From a bacterium (lineage in GTDB: Bacteria; Patescibacteriota; Minisyncoccia; Phycocordibacterales; JABMNX01), in the NCBI GenBank assembly GCA_002687905.1, contig NZBM01000007.1, forward strand, positions 1 to 61,833: a DNA stretch of 61,833 nt, read 5' to 3'. The position numbers and the translations under genes were made by a program. Shown one piece after another: positions 9,204-18,502 of this stretch. Below the pieces are notes generated by a model that saw nothing but the letters and a program-made list of their open reading frames with translations, made no database searches and had not been told where the DNA came from. Position 1 is the stretch's first letter. Every line of letters begins with the position of its first letter.

Positions 9204-10193
9204 ATGATAGTTCCTGACGCAAAACTTCTAAAAGATGTGTTTGATAAAGAGAGTCTAGAAAAGGGCTCGACTCGTGATGGCTTTGGACGTGGAGTTATTG
9301 AAGCTGGGGAAAAAGATGAAAGGGTAGTGGTGCTTTGCGCTGATCTTGCTGAATCTACACGCTCGCATTGGTTTAAGGAAGAATTTCCGGAGCGCTATAT
9401 TGAGGTTGGAGTAGCAGAGCAAAATCTAGCAACTATTGCGTCAGGTCTAGCTAATTACGGAAAGATTCCTTTCATTACGTCATATGCCGCATTTTCGCCC
9501 GGAAGAAATAATGAGCAGATAAGAACCACGATTACTCTTTCAAATCTACCTGTAAAGATAGGGGGAATGCACGCCGGGGTCTCAGTTGGCCCAGACGGGG
9601 CAACTCATCAGCAACTTGAAGATATCGCGCTTATGCGAGTTCAACCGAATATGTGTGTTATTTATCCGGCTGATGTAGAGGAGGCTAGAAAAGCTACAGT
9701 AGCTTCCGCAAAACATAATGGTCCGGTGTATCTTCGTTTCGCGCGATCAAAGACACCTATTTTTACGAGCTCTGACTCCCCATATGAAATTGGAAAAGCA
9801 AATATGCTTTATGAAGGAGACAGTCCGGAAGTAGTGATAATTTCAACAGGTCCTCTTACATACAACGCACTAGTTGCGGCAAATGAGCTTTCTGACGAAG
9901 TCTCTGTTAGCGTACTTAATTTACACACTATAAAGCCAATGGACGAGGAGGCGGTATTAAATGAAGCAAAAAAGACAGGTGCGGTTGTAACGGTAGAAGA
10001 ACATCAAGTGGCAGGAGGAATGGGCTCTGCAGTTGCAGAATTTTTATCCCTCAATAACCCAGTTCCAATTGAGTTTATTGGAATTAAGGATCAGTTTGGC
10101 CAATCTGGCGAGCCAGATGAATTAGTGGAATACTATGGTATGGGGGTTGAGAGTATAAAAGAAGCGGTTAGAAAAGTAGTAAAGAGGAAATAA
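9204..10193 (+). CDS. Transketolase, C-terminal subunit
   Basis: GVAEQN, GPDGATHQ and VTVEEHQ. Confidence 0.93.
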   Translation: MIVPDAKLLKDVFDKESLEKGSTRDGFGRGVIEAGEKDERVVVLCADLAESTRSHWFKEEFPERYIEVGVAEQNLATIASGLANYGKIPFITSYAAFSPGRNNEQIRTTITLSNLPVKIGGMHAGVSVGPDGATHQQLEDIALMRVQPNMCVIYPADVEEARKATVASAKHNGPVYLRFARSKTPIFTSSDSPYEIGKANMLYEGDSPEVVIISTGPLTYNALVAANELSDEVSVSVLNLHTIKPMDEEAVLNEAKKTGAVVTVEEHQVAGGMGSAVAEFLSLNNPVPIEFIGIKDQFGQSGEPDELVEYYGMGVESIKEAVRKVVKRK

Positions 10194-10639
10194 TGTTTAT
10201 AGAGCTTCTAATTCTAAGTTTTGTTGCGGCGTTTTTTGGAACGATAGTAATGACAGTTGGTCAGGAAATTGAGATCAGAATTAAGAAAAGACCCATAAGC
10301 TATACACTTGCAATTGCGATTTTTAAAATACTTCGTCTTGATTTTAATAAGCTAAATAAGGGAATGAAAATAGTTTCGAGCTATATAGTTCATTTTGCAT
10401 ATGGTACAGCGCTCGGTTTCCCTCTTGCTTTTTTCGAATATTTTGGATTTATGGATTTCTATATTGTACTTATCGTTTACTTTCTAATAGTCTGGATCCA
10501 AGGTCTTATTGTGGTTCCACTTCTTGGAATTGCAGGGTCGCCTTGGACGTGGGGACTTAAACCGGTCTTAACAGAGATGGTTCATAAATTTGTTTATTCA
10601 ATTGCTACTCTAATAATATTTACGAGTCTGGTTATATGA
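10193..10639 (+). CDS. Hypothetical membrane protein (about 4 TM)
   Basis: Hydrophobic 148-aa ORF, translationally coupled to its neighbours. Confidence 0.7.
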   Translation: MFIELLILSFVAAFFGTIVMTVGQEIEIRIKKRPISYTLAIAIFKILRLDFNKLNKGMKIVSSYIVHFAYGTALGFPLAFFEYFGFMDFYIVLIVYFLIVWIQGLIVVPLLGIAGSPWTWGLKPVLTEMVHKFVYSIATLIIFTSLVI

Positions 10640-10854
10640 TAGAGTCCGGAAAATATAAGCATTCAAAAACAGGGAATTTGTACAAGGTATTAGGAGAGAC
10701 AAAGCATTCAGAGACACTGGAAGAGCTTGTGGTGTATGAGGCGCTTTATGAAAATAAAGAGTCAAAATTGTGGGTGCGTCCGCTTTCAATGTTTAAGGAT
10801 TTGGTTATAGTAGGTGGTGAGAAAAAGAAGCGTTTTGAATATATAAAAGAATAA
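10636..10854 (+). CDS. DUF1653 family protein
   Basis: GKYKHSK..HSETLEELVVYEALY..LWVRPLSMF..RF. Confidence 0.85.
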   Translation: MIESGKYKHSKTGNLYKVLGETKHSETLEELVVYEALYENKESKLWVRPLSMFKDLVIVGGEKKKRFEYIKE

Positions 10855-10858
10855 TAAA

Positions 10859-11968
10859 ATGACGGGCAAGGAGAGAGTATGGGGTCTGCTTGAGAAAGCA
10901 GGTATAACAATAGACGGCAATAATCCTTATGACATCAGGGTTTTTAACGATAAACTCTACGATCGTGTATTTTCAGGCGGCCCACTCGCTGTTGGAGAGA
11001 GCTATGTTGATGGGTGGTGGGACGCAGACAATCTCTCAGAATTTTTTACAAAAGCACTTTCTGCAAGACTTGAGGATGAAATAGCTAATTTTGGGCTTCA
11101 TATACATATTCTTAAAGCTAAATTAACTAACCTTCAGGGTGTAAGGCGTGCTTTCGAAGTAGGCGAGAGGCATTATGATGCAGGAAATGATTTATATAAA
11201 AAAATGCTTGATAAAAGAATGGTATATACATGTGGGTATTGGAAAGACGCGAATAATTTGGGAGAAGCGCAAGAGCATAAATTGGATCTGGTTTGTAAAA
11301 AAATTGGTCTTAAAAAAGGAGACAGAATACTTGATATAGGATGTGGGTGGGGAAGCTTTGCAAAAGTTGCAGCAGAGCATTATGGCGCGGAAGTGGTTGG
11401 AATCACAATATCAAAAGAGCAAAAAGCACTTGCAGATGAGCTGGTAGAGGGTCTTCCGGTTGAGATACGTATTCAGGATTACAGAGCGCTCAACGAGAAG
11501 TTTGATCATATTGTATCACTAGGAATGTTTGAGCATGTAGGATACAAAAATTACAGAGAGTTCATGAAAGTTGCGCACCGCTCACTTAAGGATGATGGAC
11601 TCTTCCTACTTCACACAATAGGAGGTAATAAATCAGTCTTTACTACTGACCCGTGGGTAGAGAAGTACATTTTTCCTAACGGCATGCTTCCTTCAATAAA
11701 GCAGATTGGGGATTCAATCGACGGATTATTTGTTATGGAGGACTGGCACAATTTTGGAACTGATTATGACAAAACTTTAATGTCGTGGTTTGAAAATTTT
11801 GATAAAGGCTGGGAGAGTATCAAGGAAAATTATGATGGGCGATTTTATAGAATGTGGAAATACTATCTTTTGCTCTCAGCCGGCTCCTTCAGGGCTCGCA
11901 AAAACCAGCTTTGGCAGATCGTACTTTCAAAAAACGGAGTGAGCGGCGGATATACATCAGTTCGCTAG
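10859..11968 (+). CDS. cfa: Cyclopropane fatty acyl phospholipid synthase
   Basis: HYDAGN, YTCGYW, LDIGCGWG, SLGMFEHVG and YIFPNG. Confidence 0.95.
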   Translation: MTGKERVWGLLEKAGITIDGNNPYDIRVFNDKLYDRVFSGGPLAVGESYVDGWWDADNLSEFFTKALSARLEDEIANFGLHIHILKAKLTNLQGVRRAFEVGERHYDAGNDLYKKMLDKRMVYTCGYWKDANNLGEAQEHKLDLVCKKIGLKKGDRILDIGCGWGSFAKVAAEHYGAEVVGITISKEQKALADELVEGLPVEIRIQDYRALNEKFDHIVSLGMFEHVGYKNYREFMKVAHRSLKDDGLFLLHTIGGNKSVFTTDPWVEKYIFPNGMLPSIKQIGDSIDGLFVMEDWHNFGTDYDKTLMSWFENFDKGWESIKENYDGRFYRMWKYYLLLSAGSFRARKNQLWQIVLSKNGVSGGYTSVR

Positions 11969-11984
11969 GTGGCTCTGTAGAGCC

Positions 11985-12020
11985 AAAATTTGCGACTCAA
12001 CCGGTTGAGTCGCAAATTTT
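11985..12020. repeat. 36-bp perfect palindrome, family B (copy 1)
   Basis: AAAATTTGCGACTCAACCGGTTGAGTCGCAAATTTT between the convergent cfa and pfkB genes. Confidence 0.9.
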
Positions 12021-12030
12021 TAAGTACAAT

Positions 12031-13026
12031 TTAATTGATTTTGGTTGCCTTATAATCAGCTGGCGCCTTTTCAAGTAATTCTTCAATTTTATCTTTAGTT
12101 AGAAGTCCTTCCTGGGCCCCAACTTTTTGTGTTACTGACATTGAATTTATTGGGCCCCGCGAAAGTGCTTCTGGAATACTCATATCAAGTGCGAGCATAG
12201 AGGTAAATGTTGAGGCAAAAGAGTCTCCCGCTCCAGTTCTATCAACAGGTGGCGCTGGATCAGGATACATCGGCATATGCCACATCTCCTCTCCATCATA
12301 TGTGTTTGCCCCGTCCGGACCTTCTGTGATTATTGCGATTTTTGGTCCAAGTGCGTGTATTCCTTTAAGAAGCTCTTTTATATCATCTTCTTTTGTATCT
12401 AGAATTCTCTGCGCTTCGTCCTTATTGCAAAAGAATAATTCTGACACTTCATATATATCTTTCAATTTCTCATACCCTAATTTCATCTGAAATGTACCCG
12501 GCTGAAATGCTAACTTTGTTTCTGAATTAACTTTTATATAATCTGCAATCTCGTGATGGAAAGGCAGAGAATTTTCTCCAAGTGATGATAAGTACATCCA
12601 CTTAGGAGGAGTCTTAAAATCTGGAAGCGAGTATTCATATTCATGGTGTTTTACCAGAATGGTACGTTCTGCCTCATAACGAAGTACGTAGTGATAGTTT
12701 GATTCCTTTCCTTTGTGCACTTTCACGTAATCACAAGACACTCCCTCTTTCTTTAATGCATTTATTTGGTCTTCTCCGTTTTCATCATCTCCAAGATTAG
12801 TCGCTAGAGCAGATTTAAGTCCAAGACGGCGAGCAGAGACTGAAGCGTTTGGACTGTTGCCAACTGCATGCACTACAACCACATTTTCATACGGGATTTT
12901 GTCTCCAAAACGCACACAGAGCATACAGTTTTTATCATCTATTTCACAATTTACACGAGCGTCTTTTAGTTCTATAAAGGCATCTGTAGTGATATCGCCT
13001 ATTGCTACGAAGTCTAATTCATCCAT
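12031..13026 (-). CDS. PfkB-family carbohydrate kinase
   Basis: VGNSPNAS, FCNKDEA and DRTGAGDSF. The start may instead be the ATG at 13038. Confidence 0.9.
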   Translation of the reverse strand: MDELDFVAIGDITTDAFIELKDARVNCEIDDKNCMLCVRFGDKIPYENVVVVHAVGNSPNASVSARRLGLKSALATNLGDDENGEDQINALKKEGVSCDYVKVHKGKESNYHYVLRYEAERTILVKHHEYEYSLPDFKTPPKWMYLSSLGENSLPFHHEIADYIKVNSETKLAFQPGTFQMKLGYEKLKDIYEVSELFFCNKDEAQRILDTKEDDIKELLKGIHALGPKIAIITEGPDGANTYDGEEMWHMPMYPDPAPPVDRTGAGDSFASTFTSMLALDMSIPEALSRGPINSMSVTQKVGAQEGLLTKDKIEELLEKAPADYKATKIN

Positions 13027-13070
13027 ATTGTCCGTCATTATAGCACTAAGGAGCGTGTTACAATTGCTCT

Positions 13071-13937
13071 ATGATGACACTTAGGGAAGCTGTAAAGGAA
13101 GCAGAAAACAAGGGTGTAGCGATAGGGCATTTTAATATTTCAGACACCGAGGGGTTAAATGCAATTTTTGACGCAGCAAAATCTCTCAACGTTCCTGTAA
13201 TAATTGGAACTTCAGAAGGCGAGAGGGATTTTATTGGAGTTAATCAGGCAGTGGCGTTGGTTAAGAGCTTAAGAGAAGAGCACAACTTCCCTATTTATTT
13301 AAATGCAGATCACACGTATTCAGTTGAAAAAGTAAAAGAAGCAATTGACGCAGGGTATGATGCAGTCATTTTTGACGGCACAAAGCTTCCTTTTGAAGAA
13401 AATATAGAGAAAACAGAAGAAGTGGTTGAATACGCTAAAAAAAGCGGAAGGGATGTTTTGGTTGAGGGGGAGATTGGCTATATAGGAACTTCTTCGAAAG
13501 TTTTAGACGAAATCCCAGATGGCGCAGAGATTACAGAAGAAAGTCTTACTAAACCAGATGAGCTTAAAGAGTATATTGATAAGACGGGGGTGGATTTGGT
13601 AGCGCCCGCAGTTGGAAATCTTCACGGAGTACTTAAAAAAGGGAAAAATCCAAACATTTCAATTGAGAGAATAAAGGAGCTTAGAGAAGTTGGAGGTGTG
13701 CCGGTGGTTCTTCACGGAGGCTCTGGAATATCTGATGGGGAATTTAGTGAGGCAATTAAAGCTGGGGTTTCGATAATTCATTTAAATACTGAAATAAGAC
13801 TTGCGTACCGCGAAGGTATAGAGGAAGTGCTTGAGGAGAAACCGGATGAGATAGCGCCGTATAGATTTCTTAAGGGAGGAGTTGAGGAAATGCGCGAGTT
13901 GGTAGAGAAGCGCTTAAAGTTATTTAACAACTTATAA
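13071..13937 (+). CDS. fba: Class II fructose-bisphosphate aldolase
   Basis: NADH, VEGEIG, AVGNLHG and VLHGGSG. Confidence 0.93.
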   Translation: MMTLREAVKEAENKGVAIGHFNISDTEGLNAIFDAAKSLNVPVIIGTSEGERDFIGVNQAVALVKSLREEHNFPIYLNADHTYSVEKVKEAIDAGYDAVIFDGTKLPFEENIEKTEEVVEYAKKSGRDVLVEGEIGYIGTSSKVLDEIPDGAEITEESLTKPDELKEYIDKTGVDLVAPAVGNLHGVLKKGKNPNISIERIKELREVGGVPVVLHGGSGISDGEFSEAIKAGVSIIHLNTEIRLAYREGIEEVLEEKPDEIAPYRFLKGGVEEMRELVEKRLKLFNNL

Positions 13938-13957
13938 ATCAATACCTTCCTACCCAC

Positions 13958-13985
13958 AAAACCTTACGATATATCGTAAGGTTTT
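13958..13985. repeat. 28-bp perfect palindrome, family C (copy 1)
   Basis: AAAACCTTACGATATATCGTAAGGTTTT overlaps the stop codon of the HTH gene. Confidence 0.9.
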
Positions 13986-14385
13986 AGAGTTCGTCCATAA
14001 ACTTCTTGAATGATCTGGTTCTACCAGTAAAAGCAAGCGCTACGATTGATTCTAGAAGGGCATCTAAAGAGCCATCCTTGCTGTTTCTCCAAACCCAGTC
14101 GGAAGTATGGCGGTATTTTCCCAATTCAACTTCAAGCTTAAATCTTTCTGCGGTTGATGGACTTACACCTAACAGATCACTTATTTTATAAAGCGATACC
14201 CCTTTCTTTATAAGAAGGATCATACCAATACGTTTTGCGAGCATAATAGTTTCTGTCTCTGTTAACAGCTCTTCTAGGACTTGAATACGGGTTTTTGTTC
14301 CTGTCTTTCCGAAAAGTGCATATAAATGTCTCTCAAGACTTTTCTTGATCTTCCCACCAACTTTCTTTTGTGAGATATGTGGCAT
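13984..14385 (-). CDS. TrpR/YerC-like helix-turn-helix protein
   Basis: MPHISQK..LLTETETIMLAKRIG..GVSLYKISDLLGVSPSTAER matches the TrpR/YerC pattern. Confidence 0.75.
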   Translation of the reverse strand: MPHISQKKVGGKIKKSLERHLYALFGKTGTKTRIQVLEELLTETETIMLAKRIGMILLIKKGVSLYKISDLLGVSPSTAERFKLEVELGKYRHTSDWVWRNSKDGSLDALLESIVALAFTGRTRSFKKFMDEL

Positions 14386-14421
14386 ACACAAACCTTACGA
14401 TATATCGTAAGGTTTGTGTAT
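14384..14421. repeat. 38-bp perfect palindrome, family C (copy 2)
   Basis: ATACACAAACCTTACGATATATCGTAAGGTTTGTGTAT overlaps the start codon of the HTH gene. Confidence 0.9.
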
Positions 14422-14476
14422 AGTATAGGTTGTGTACAATTCTGGCTCAGTAGTAGTATCGCGTTATAATGTTTCC

Positions 14477-15442
14477 ATGAAAGTATATGTAACAAGAAAG
14501 ATTCCTGAATCGGGAATAAAATTGCTTAAAGACAGAGGGCACGAAGTTCAAGTAAGCGAAAAAGACGGAGTTCTGACTGAAGAGGAATTACTTTCAGCGC
14601 TTTCAGAAAAACCATATGATGCAGTGCTCTCACTTCTAACAGATAAAATAGACACTAAAGCATTTGATGCGGCGCCGAATGCAAAGATTTTTGCAAACTA
14701 TGCCGTTGGGTATAACAATATAGATATTGAAGAGGCGAACAAGAGAGGAATAACGGTTACAAATACTCCCGGTATTCTTACAAACACCGTAGCGGAGCAT
14801 ACTATTGCTTTAATGCTTTCAATTACCTCAAGAATTGCAGAGGGTGACAGGTTTACTCGCGCTGGGAAATACGACGGTTGGGCACCACTTCTTCTTTTAG
14901 GGACGGATCTGAAAGACAAAACGCTGGGGATTCTTGGGGCGGGCAGAATTGGTCAGCGTGTTGCGCACATTGCATCGCGTGGACTTGGAATGAAACTTTG
15001 TTATTACGATGTAAAACAGAACAGAGAATTTGAGAGTGAATATGGTGCAAAATTTGAAGTGAGTGTTGACTCTGTATTAAAAGTTGCTGATGTCGTAACA
15101 GTCCACGTTCCCCTTCTTGATTCCACAAAACATTTAATAAACAAAGAGCGGCTGGAGATGATGAAAGAAAGCGCTTACCTTATTAACTCCTCACGCGGAC
15201 CAGTGATAGATGAGAGTGCGCTAGTTGAGGTCCTTAGGGAAAACAAAATAAAAGGAGCGGCACTTGATGTATTTGAAGACGAGCCGAAGCTGGCAGAGGG
15301 GCTTCCAGAATGTGAGAATGTAGTCATTACACCGCACATTGCGTCAGCCACAGAAGAGACAAGAGGAAAGATGTCAGAAATGGCCGCGCAAAATATTATT
15401 GATTTTCTAGAGGGAAAGACTCCGGAAAACAAAGTTGTATAG
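14477..15442 (+). CDS. D-glycerate dehydrogenase / glyoxylate reductase (2-hydroxyacid dehydrogenase)
   Basis: AVGYNNID, GAGRIG, INSSRG, LDVFEDEP and TPHIAS. TATAAT lies 6 nt before the ATG. Confidence 0.92.
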   Translation: MKVYVTRKIPESGIKLLKDRGHEVQVSEKDGVLTEEELLSALSEKPYDAVLSLLTDKIDTKAFDAAPNAKIFANYAVGYNNIDIEEANKRGITVTNTPGILTNTVAEHTIALMLSITSRIAEGDRFTRAGKYDGWAPLLLLGTDLKDKTLGILGAGRIGQRVAHIASRGLGMKLCYYDVKQNREFESEYGAKFEVSVDSVLKVADVVTVHVPLLDSTKHLINKERLEMMKESAYLINSSRGPVIDESALVEVLRENKIKGAALDVFEDEPKLAEGLPECENVVITPHIASATEETRGKMSEMAAQNIIDFLEGKTPENKVV

Positions 15443-15548
15443 TTAATAATACTAACTGTTGACTGATGTCATAATTCTCCCAACTGGAGTATATTGCTAA
15501 GCCGGTTTTATCGTTGCAATTTATAGCTAAATTCGTATACTACTCCTT

Positions 15549-16196
15549 GTGTTAACGCTAGAAATAAAAGAGAGAAATACTAAAGAAAAGGGCGCGGAAG
15601 GCTCTATTCCGGCGGTTTTTTATGGCCCAAAAGAAAAGTCCACTTCCATTTCAATATCAAGGAAGGATTTTGCAAAGCTATGGAAAGAAGCCGGAGAGTC
15701 AACCGTTGTGACACTCTCTGGTGCCGGAGATAATAAAGAAGCTCTTATTCACGAGGTTGATTTAGACCCACTTTCGTATGAGCCAAGACACGTTGATTTT
15801 TATGTAATGGAGAAAGGAAAGAAAGTGAAGGTCTCTGTTCCAGTTGAGTTTGTAGGGGTATCACCCGCTATAAAAGAGTTAGGAGGAACTTTAATTAAGG
15901 TTACCCAAGACATTGAAGTGGAAGCGATGCCGAAAGATCTCCCGCAAGGTTTAGAGGTGGATATTTCAAAGATTGTAGACTTCTCAAGTAATGTAACAGC
16001 AGCTGACGTCGCACTTCCTCAGGGTGTAGAGCTTGTAACTGCTCCTGGTGAGGTTCTTGCTTCAGCCGCCGAGGCTAAGGAAGAAGAGGAAGAAACAGCT
16101 CCAGAGGTTGACCTAGAGTCAATTGAGGTTGAAAAGAAAGGAAAGCAAGAAGAGGGCTCGGGGGAGGAAGAAAAGAAAGAAGACTCTGGCGAATAA
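15549..16196 (+). CDS. rplY: 50S ribosomal protein L25 (CTC type)
   Basis: IPAVFYG, HVDFY, VPVEFVG and an acidic tail. Confidence 0.92.
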   Translation: MLTLEIKERNTKEKGAEGSIPAVFYGPKEKSTSISISRKDFAKLWKEAGESTVVTLSGAGDNKEALIHEVDLDPLSYEPRHVDFYVMEKGKKVKVSVPVEFVGVSPAIKELGGTLIKVTQDIEVEAMPKDLPQGLEVDISKIVDFSSNVTAADVALPQGVELVTAPGEVLASAAEAKEEEEETAPEVDLESIEVEKKGKQEEGSGEEEKKEDSGE

Positions 16197-16219
16197 TTTG
16201 TTTTTGATATACTAGTTTT

Positions 16220-17527
16220 ATGAAGAGCCTGAATTTAACAGGTTTGTTTGTTGGCATTACCGCGCTTTTTGTAATTGCGATTAGTGGTGTTTCTTTTGCG
16301 CAAAGTGAGAGCGAGCAAGTAGCAAACAGGAGAGCTCAACTTGAGAAAGACCTAGCGGCGATTGAAGCAGAGATAGATAAACAAAGGGTATTCCTTGAAA
16401 AGAAGCAGCGAGAACGTGTGTCTCTTGAAAGGGATGTCGCAATCATTGAGCATGAAATAGAGAAGGCGCAATTATCAATTCGTGCGCGTGATTTAGAAAT
16501 AACCAAGATAACCGAAAATATATCCGGGAAAGAGGAGACTATAGGAGCTCTTAATGAAAAATTAGTAAGAGAGAAACAGTCGCTAGCCCAGCTTATAAGA
16601 CGCACAAATGAGATAGATGATTACACGATCGCGGAGATTCTGCTTGGAAACCAAGATTTATCCGATTTCTTTGAAGACTTGGATAGTTTTGAAGAGATAA
16701 AAGGTGCGCTTGACCAGTCATTTGATGACATAGAGGTTACCAAAGAAAATACTGAAGCTCAGAAGGTTCAGCTAATAGACAGGAGGACTTCAGAGCAGGA
16801 GTTAAGACAGATTCAAGTATTTGAGAAAAGAAAGATAGAGAGGAGGGAAGATGAGAAGCAGAAAATTCTTGATGTTACGAAAGGAGAGGAAGGTGCTTAC
16901 CAGTCTCTTATAAATGAAAAACAGAAATCTGCAGCTCAGATTAGAACCGAGCTCTTTACACTTCGTGGAACAGCAGCAATTCCTTTTGAGAGAGCGCTCG
17001 AGTTAGCAAATGCTGCTTCAGCAAAGACGGACGTAAGGCCAGCTTTTATTCTTGGGGTTATAGCTGAAGAATCAAACCTTGGAGAAAATGTTGGTACTGG
17101 AAATTGGCGCACTGACATGCACCCAACTCGCGACCGCCCAGTTTTTGAGGATATTACAAATAGACTTGGGCTTGATCCCGACCAGTTGCCGGTTTCAAAA
17201 AAGCCCTGGTATGGCTGGGGTGGCGCAATGGGACCTGCGCAGTTTATTCCTTCAACCTGGATTTTATATGAAAAGCGAATTGCTAAGATAACCGGACAAG
17301 ATCCGCCAAATCCATGGGATCCAAGTACGGCATTTATGGCTTCAGCTCTTCTTTTGATGGACAATGGAGCTGACAAGGGTACGTATTCAGCAGAAAGGCT
17401 TGCCGCATTAAGATATTTTGCAGGGTGGAGAAATGCTACAAAGCCGGCATATGCATTTTATGGAGACGAAGTTATGGAGCTCGCTACTAAATACCAGGGA
17501 CTCATAGATATTCTCGCCTCATCCTAA
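16220..17527 (+). CDS. Secreted coiled-coil lytic murein transglycosylase
   Basis: Signal peptide, long coiled coil, EESNLG and GAMGPAQFIPSTW. Confidence 0.85.
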   Translation: MKSLNLTGLFVGITALFVIAISGVSFAQSESEQVANRRAQLEKDLAAIEAEIDKQRVFLEKKQRERVSLERDVAIIEHEIEKAQLSIRARDLEITKITENISGKEETIGALNEKLVREKQSLAQLIRRTNEIDDYTIAEILLGNQDLSDFFEDLDSFEEIKGALDQSFDDIEVTKENTEAQKVQLIDRRTSEQELRQIQVFEKRKIERREDEKQKILDVTKGEEGAYQSLINEKQKSAAQIRTELFTLRGTAAIPFERALELANAASAKTDVRPAFILGVIAEESNLGENVGTGNWRTDMHPTRDRPVFEDITNRLGLDPDQLPVSKKPWYGWGGAMGPAQFIPSTWILYEKRIAKITGQDPPNPWDPSTAFMASALLLMDNGADKGTYSAERLAALRYFAGWRNATKPAYAFYGDEVMELATKYQGLIDILASS

Positions 17528-17592
17528 TTTGACCGCCTAGAGAAATCGTGATATAGATTTTGCGGTTTAGGTCCTAATTCAGGGAGGGAAAG

Positions 17593-17904
17593 ATGGCAAT
17601 AGTAGCCACTTTAGAATTCCGCCCTGCAAGTTGCGAGCGGAGCTCTAGAGAGCTTGATAGAATTCTTCGAAAAGAGGATCCGGACGAAATACGCTGTTTT
17701 GATTTCAGGCGTACAGCATGTCTGATGTCTCACTGGCGTTACGGCACTAACAATGTAGAAGTACGTTGTGAAGACGGGTGTGAATACGCAAGAGAAGAAG
17801 ACGCTCTTGGTGTAGTGAAGCTTCTTGCTTCACAAAAAGGGCATCCTGCGGAATTTGCAGGAAGGTATATTGGTATGTTCTCAGATTATGAAAGGAGCTC
17901 GTAG
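17593..17904 (+). CDS. Orphan hypothetical protein
   Basis: TTGACC-17-TATAGA promoter-like site at 17529, SD AGGGAGG at 17581 and a downstream hairpin. Confidence 0.55.
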   Translation: MAIVATLEFRPASCERSSRELDRILRKEDPDEIRCFDFRRTACLMSHWRYGTNNVEVRCEDGCEYAREEDALGVVKLLASQKGHPAEFAGRYIGMFSDYERSS

Positions 17905-18009
17905 ATTTGCATTTAAGCACGACGGAGAGAAAGTGAGCGCATCGTTCATTATAGGCGTTAGAGCACCACTAAACGCCTATCAGTTGGTAACGCTTAAGAA
18001 CGGATATTG

Positions 18010-18035
18010 AGGCCGCCCGCGCATACGGGCGGCCT
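18010..18035 (+). terminator. GC-rich hairpin, probable terminator
   Basis: AGGCCGCCCG/CGGGCGGCCT 10-bp stem followed by T-rich sequence. Confidence 0.65.
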
Positions 18036-18075
18036 GTTGTATTTATAGAGCAATATTGTATAATCACCGCGATGA

Positions 18076-18201
18076 ATCCCGTTAGAGATCACTTGCGGTT
18101 GTTGGCGGGATGATATGCTTATGACGAAAAAAGTCGAAAAAGTAGATATTGTAAGGGTAATAAACGGAAGTGACTTCGTCGCTTCCTATCTCTAACGGGA
18201 T
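18076..18201 (+). mobile_element. MITE-like insertion with 14-bp inverted ends at the rpmE start
   Basis: ATCCCGTTAGAGAT...ATCTCTAACGGGAT with ATGAA repeated on both sides; the right end matches 22352-22371. Confidence 0.7.
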
Positions 18202-18454
18202 GAAAAAGGATATTCATCCAGAAAACTACAGAGACGTTATATTTGTCGATAACTCAAGCGACACGCGTTTTCTCATTGGCTCAACAGTTGAGACTGACGA
18301 GAAGGGTAAATGGGAAGATGGAAAGGAATATCCACTACATAGAGTTGAGATATCTAGTGCTTCTCATCCATTCTACACAGGAAAAGACAAGGTGATTGAC
18401 GCCGCAGGGCGTGTAGAGAAATTCAAGAGTCGCGCTGCAAAGGCTGGCAAATAA
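18200..18454 (+). CDS. rpmE: 50S ribosomal protein L31, type B (zinc-free)
   Basis: [22 protein letters not shown] and GRVEKF; no Cys. Confidence 0.95.
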   Translation: MKKDIHPENYRDVIFVDNSSDTRFLIGSTVETDEKGKWEDGKEYPLHRVEISSASHPFYTGKDKVIDAAGRVEKFKSRAAKAGK

Positions 18455-18502
18455 CTATCTAAATCTTTGTCTATTTCCCGCAATAGCGGGTATTCTTTTT
18501 AT

